Positions 61,245-64,000 of a DNA stretch of 64,000 bases are shown here, piece after piece (within the stretch, counting starts at the first letter, position 1; the number at the start of each line of letters is the position of its first letter). The position numbers were made by a program, and so were the translations under genes. Source of the DNA: Eledone cirrhosa (taxonomy: Eukaryota); contig OZ024743.1 in assembly GCA_964016885.1 (NCBI GenBank), positions 191,022,001-191,086,000 of the forward strand, written 5' to 3'. The notes beneath the pieces were generated by a model, which made no database searches, was not told the DNA's origin, and saw nothing but the letters and a program-made list of their open reading frames with translations.

Positions 61245-61930
61245 GGATAATTGTTTGTAGTGCCTAGTAAAGTCAACATTTGTATGCCACACAATCTGTA
61301 TGGTATTCTCAGTCGTTTTAAGAAGTCTTCAAGTTTCAATGGAATTGGCCCTAATGCCTCGATTACATCTGATATCACTTTCACATTAGCCTCTTGCATT
61401 CCAAATACTCTTGCAGCTCCATTTTCAATTCAGAGTACATGGTTATATTTCAATCTCCTTACTTGCCGTATTCGTATTATTTGGTATGGCCACGTCGATG
61501 ATCTGACAGTATTTGTCTTTCTTGTTCAATACAACAAAGTCCGATCCGATCGGTGATGCTCAATTATTTTATCTGTTTGAAAAATATCGTTGCTTCCCCA
61601 TCCTCTTGCATTACTTTACAAGACACATACCAGTCCTCTATGACTTCATATTGGTATGACACAAAAAGCAATGAAGGTATATACAGACATTACCATAGTG
61701 TCGCTTGTATTCTTTTTGCGTAAGGCTTTCACATCCACGTATCAATTCTTCTCTGATCATGTTGAGTACGAGCATTTGGAAATCCCAAATTCCATTACCG
61801 ATATAACTGCAACATATCTAGACTGTTTTAACCAATGAGTCTATTTGCTTTTCAGAGTTCCCAAACATTTCAGGTCGACCATAAAAATATGGTATATGAA
61901 TGGCCCTTGATTTCCACATGATCAAAAAAC
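61245..61930 (-). pseudogene. Decayed 3' (RLE) fragment of a Dong/R4-type element
   Basis: GCESLTQKEYKRH, FQTDKIIEHHR, DFVVLNKKDKYCQIIDVAIP, VIEALG, LLGT in shifting frames. Confidence 0.72.
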
Positions 61931-62279
61931 ATTTTTATTTTTCTGAGTGTGAGTGTTATAGATATCAGTGCTATAACAAATAGTAATGGTGAGAATGAGT
62001 CCCCTTAGCAGAAGCCTCTTTTAATTTCTACTTCTCCTAAAAAGACGTTGATTGAGTGATGGTGGTAACAGAGATGTTAGCGAGAGTGATAATGATAGTG
62101 ATGATGATAATACCAGTAATACTGATGATGATGATGGTGATAGTGTCGGTAATGATAATGACAAAGTCAAGCTTTAACCTAGCGAGAAAGGTTATATAGA
62201 GACGGTGTCTCAATAGTGGGTGTGGAAGAAAGCTACACAAACCAATCCCATAGAATTATAATACAAAACAATAGTGAAA

Positions 62280-64000
62280 TAATTAACGACATAAATGAGG
62301 CTAGAACCATTCACAGTGAAAGTCCGTCACTAGGTAAATTTGGAGCCCCTCGCAATAGGGAAATTGATCTGGCACCGGACAGTCATTACCAAGCAGCAGA
62401 TCGCACACACAATCTGCGCGCAACTAGACACAAATAGACGAAGGAAGAGTACGCTACAGTGATTGAATGTCAGGAAAAAGCAAAACCGGAAGGAAGACAT
62501 GGTGTATGACGACACAATGTGGACTACTTCTGGATAGTAAAGAGCATGTTTGAGGCGTCTGAAAATAAACTAATGAATCAGGTGAGAGTGATTAGGAGAT
62601 AGGGATGGTTAACTGAGGTAGAAATATCACGGATTAGTGAATGCTTAAATGAACCTGTAGATAAACAAAAAAGGGATGTTAGAACAGAAACTAACACCGT
62701 CTCTACTGTTGAAGGCAGAGAGAATAATGGGCTACAAGACCAGAGAAATTGTGATGGGAATGTAAGGGTTTCTGAAGAGGAATGTTATTCATTGAACACT
62801 GATATGGCTGAGGATGAGTCATTCGGATGATGAGTCGCTTGAGTTACGTGTACGGGCTGATGAATTTGAAGAATGCCCCAGAAGAAAATTATTCCCAATG
62901 AATATGAGGAGGGTAGATAGGAAGATGATAATTAGAATTACAAAAAAATGCTGTCATACAACACATCAAGAAAGAAGACAAAGCAAAATTATCCGAGCTG
63001 TTGCACTGCTTGTAGTGAAGCAAATGCGACTGACAAACGCTAATGAGAGTTGGGCAAAAGAACATTGGTGGAAAAGACACCTTGAAAATGCCATAATGTG
63101 GTTGAGGCAGAATCTAAGTAAAATTGAGCAATTGTTTAGAGGAAAGTGGAAAATTGGAAAAAGGCTGATCGAGAAGCAGTAGACAAGACATATCAAATAT
63201 GGAGGAATGGATTCCATACAGTAATAGAGTAGCTAAAATAGAGAATTCTTTCGAACAGCCAGAAGGTAAAGAGATATCAGAATAGTAATAAAAGTTTCGG
63301 GGAGAATAGATTGTTCCAAAATAATTGTTTCTACTTTTGGCACAAGGCCAGCAATTACCCAGTGCATTACTGGTACTTTATTTTATCGACCCCGTAAGGA
63401 TGAAAGGCAAAGTTAACCTCGGCGGGATTTGAACTCAGAATGGCAAGGGCCGTAACTCTATACGTCAAAGCATGGCGTCCGACCCTCTACCGATACTGCC
63501 AATCCAACGTTCCAAAATAATGCAAATAAATTCGTCCGCACATTGGAAGGAAACAATGGGAATGGGAAGGATGTTATCCCTAATGTTGATAAACCCAAGG
63601 ATTTCTGGAATGGGATATGGGGCGATAGTATAAGGTTTAGAAAGGATGCCAAGGGGATAGGCACAAGTCAGAATTGCAAGTAGGAAATATACAAAGAGTT
63701 TTTACCATAAGCACAGTCAATGTGAAGGATCAAGTAGCCAAGATTTCAAACTGGAAAGCACCCAGATGTAATCCATGGCTTTTTGCTGAAAGGATGCAAT
63801 GCAGTTCATGAAAGACTGGCAACACAATTGAATGAATGATGAATGTGTCCAGAGTGGTCGAGTCCACACCCGGATATTTACAGGGAGGTCAACACTTGTG
63901 ATAAAAGATAGAAGAGGAAAGATGTGGGAATTTAGCGCCTTATAGCGTGCCTGAACATAATATGGAAGGTTCTCATAGCAATGTTTTCGAGGAAGACATA
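62280..64000 (+). pseudogene. Decayed 5' half of a Dong/R4-type element, runs off the window
   Basis: RHK*TKEEYATVIEC, NQVRVIR..GWLTEVEI, WWKRHLE..I..LR, NRLFQNN|ANKF (split by a SINE), FWNGIW, NWKAP. Confidence 0.78.
63326..63508 (-). mobile_element. tRNA-type SINE inserted in the Dong relic
   Basis: Same family; TSD gttccaaaataat at 63313-63325 and 63509-63521. Confidence 0.9.

Overview
Repeat-dominated, AT-rich metazoan DNA with no host gene I can support. The SINE family and the microsatellite load suggest an octopod cephalopod (inference). Most of the window is retroelements stacked into microsatellites. (1) Positions 1-14.8 kb are a nest at (ATT)n with three Dong/R4-type RLE non-LTR elements, one inserted inside another, plus a Tx1/L1-clade element. 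(2) Positions 16-41 kb hold old RTE-like, CR1-like and mariner relics, tRNA-type SINEs with TSDs, a Helentron/HINE-like tandem array and an RTE element with a PHD-like finger. (3) Positions 42-58 kb hold a second Tx1 element with an intact ORF2 sitting in (TATC)n, a Neptune-type Penelope-like element (PLE) with 1.1-kb pseudo-LTRs, a cluster of non-coding hammerhead-bearing units and a Naiad-type PLE. (4) Positions 60-64 kb hold a Tigger/pogo deletion derivative and two more Dong relics. The most striking signal is not in the ORF track: about ten hammerhead-ribozyme (HHR) motifs or remnants from several unrelated sequence families. Many lie in short non-coding fold-back insertions in (TA)n, with the fold-back point inside or next to the ribozyme, and one tandem pair would release a 487-nt retrozyme-like RNA. 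Two related Tx1 elements also appear to target different microsatellites, (ATT)n and (TATC)n. All alignments and folds were done by eye.
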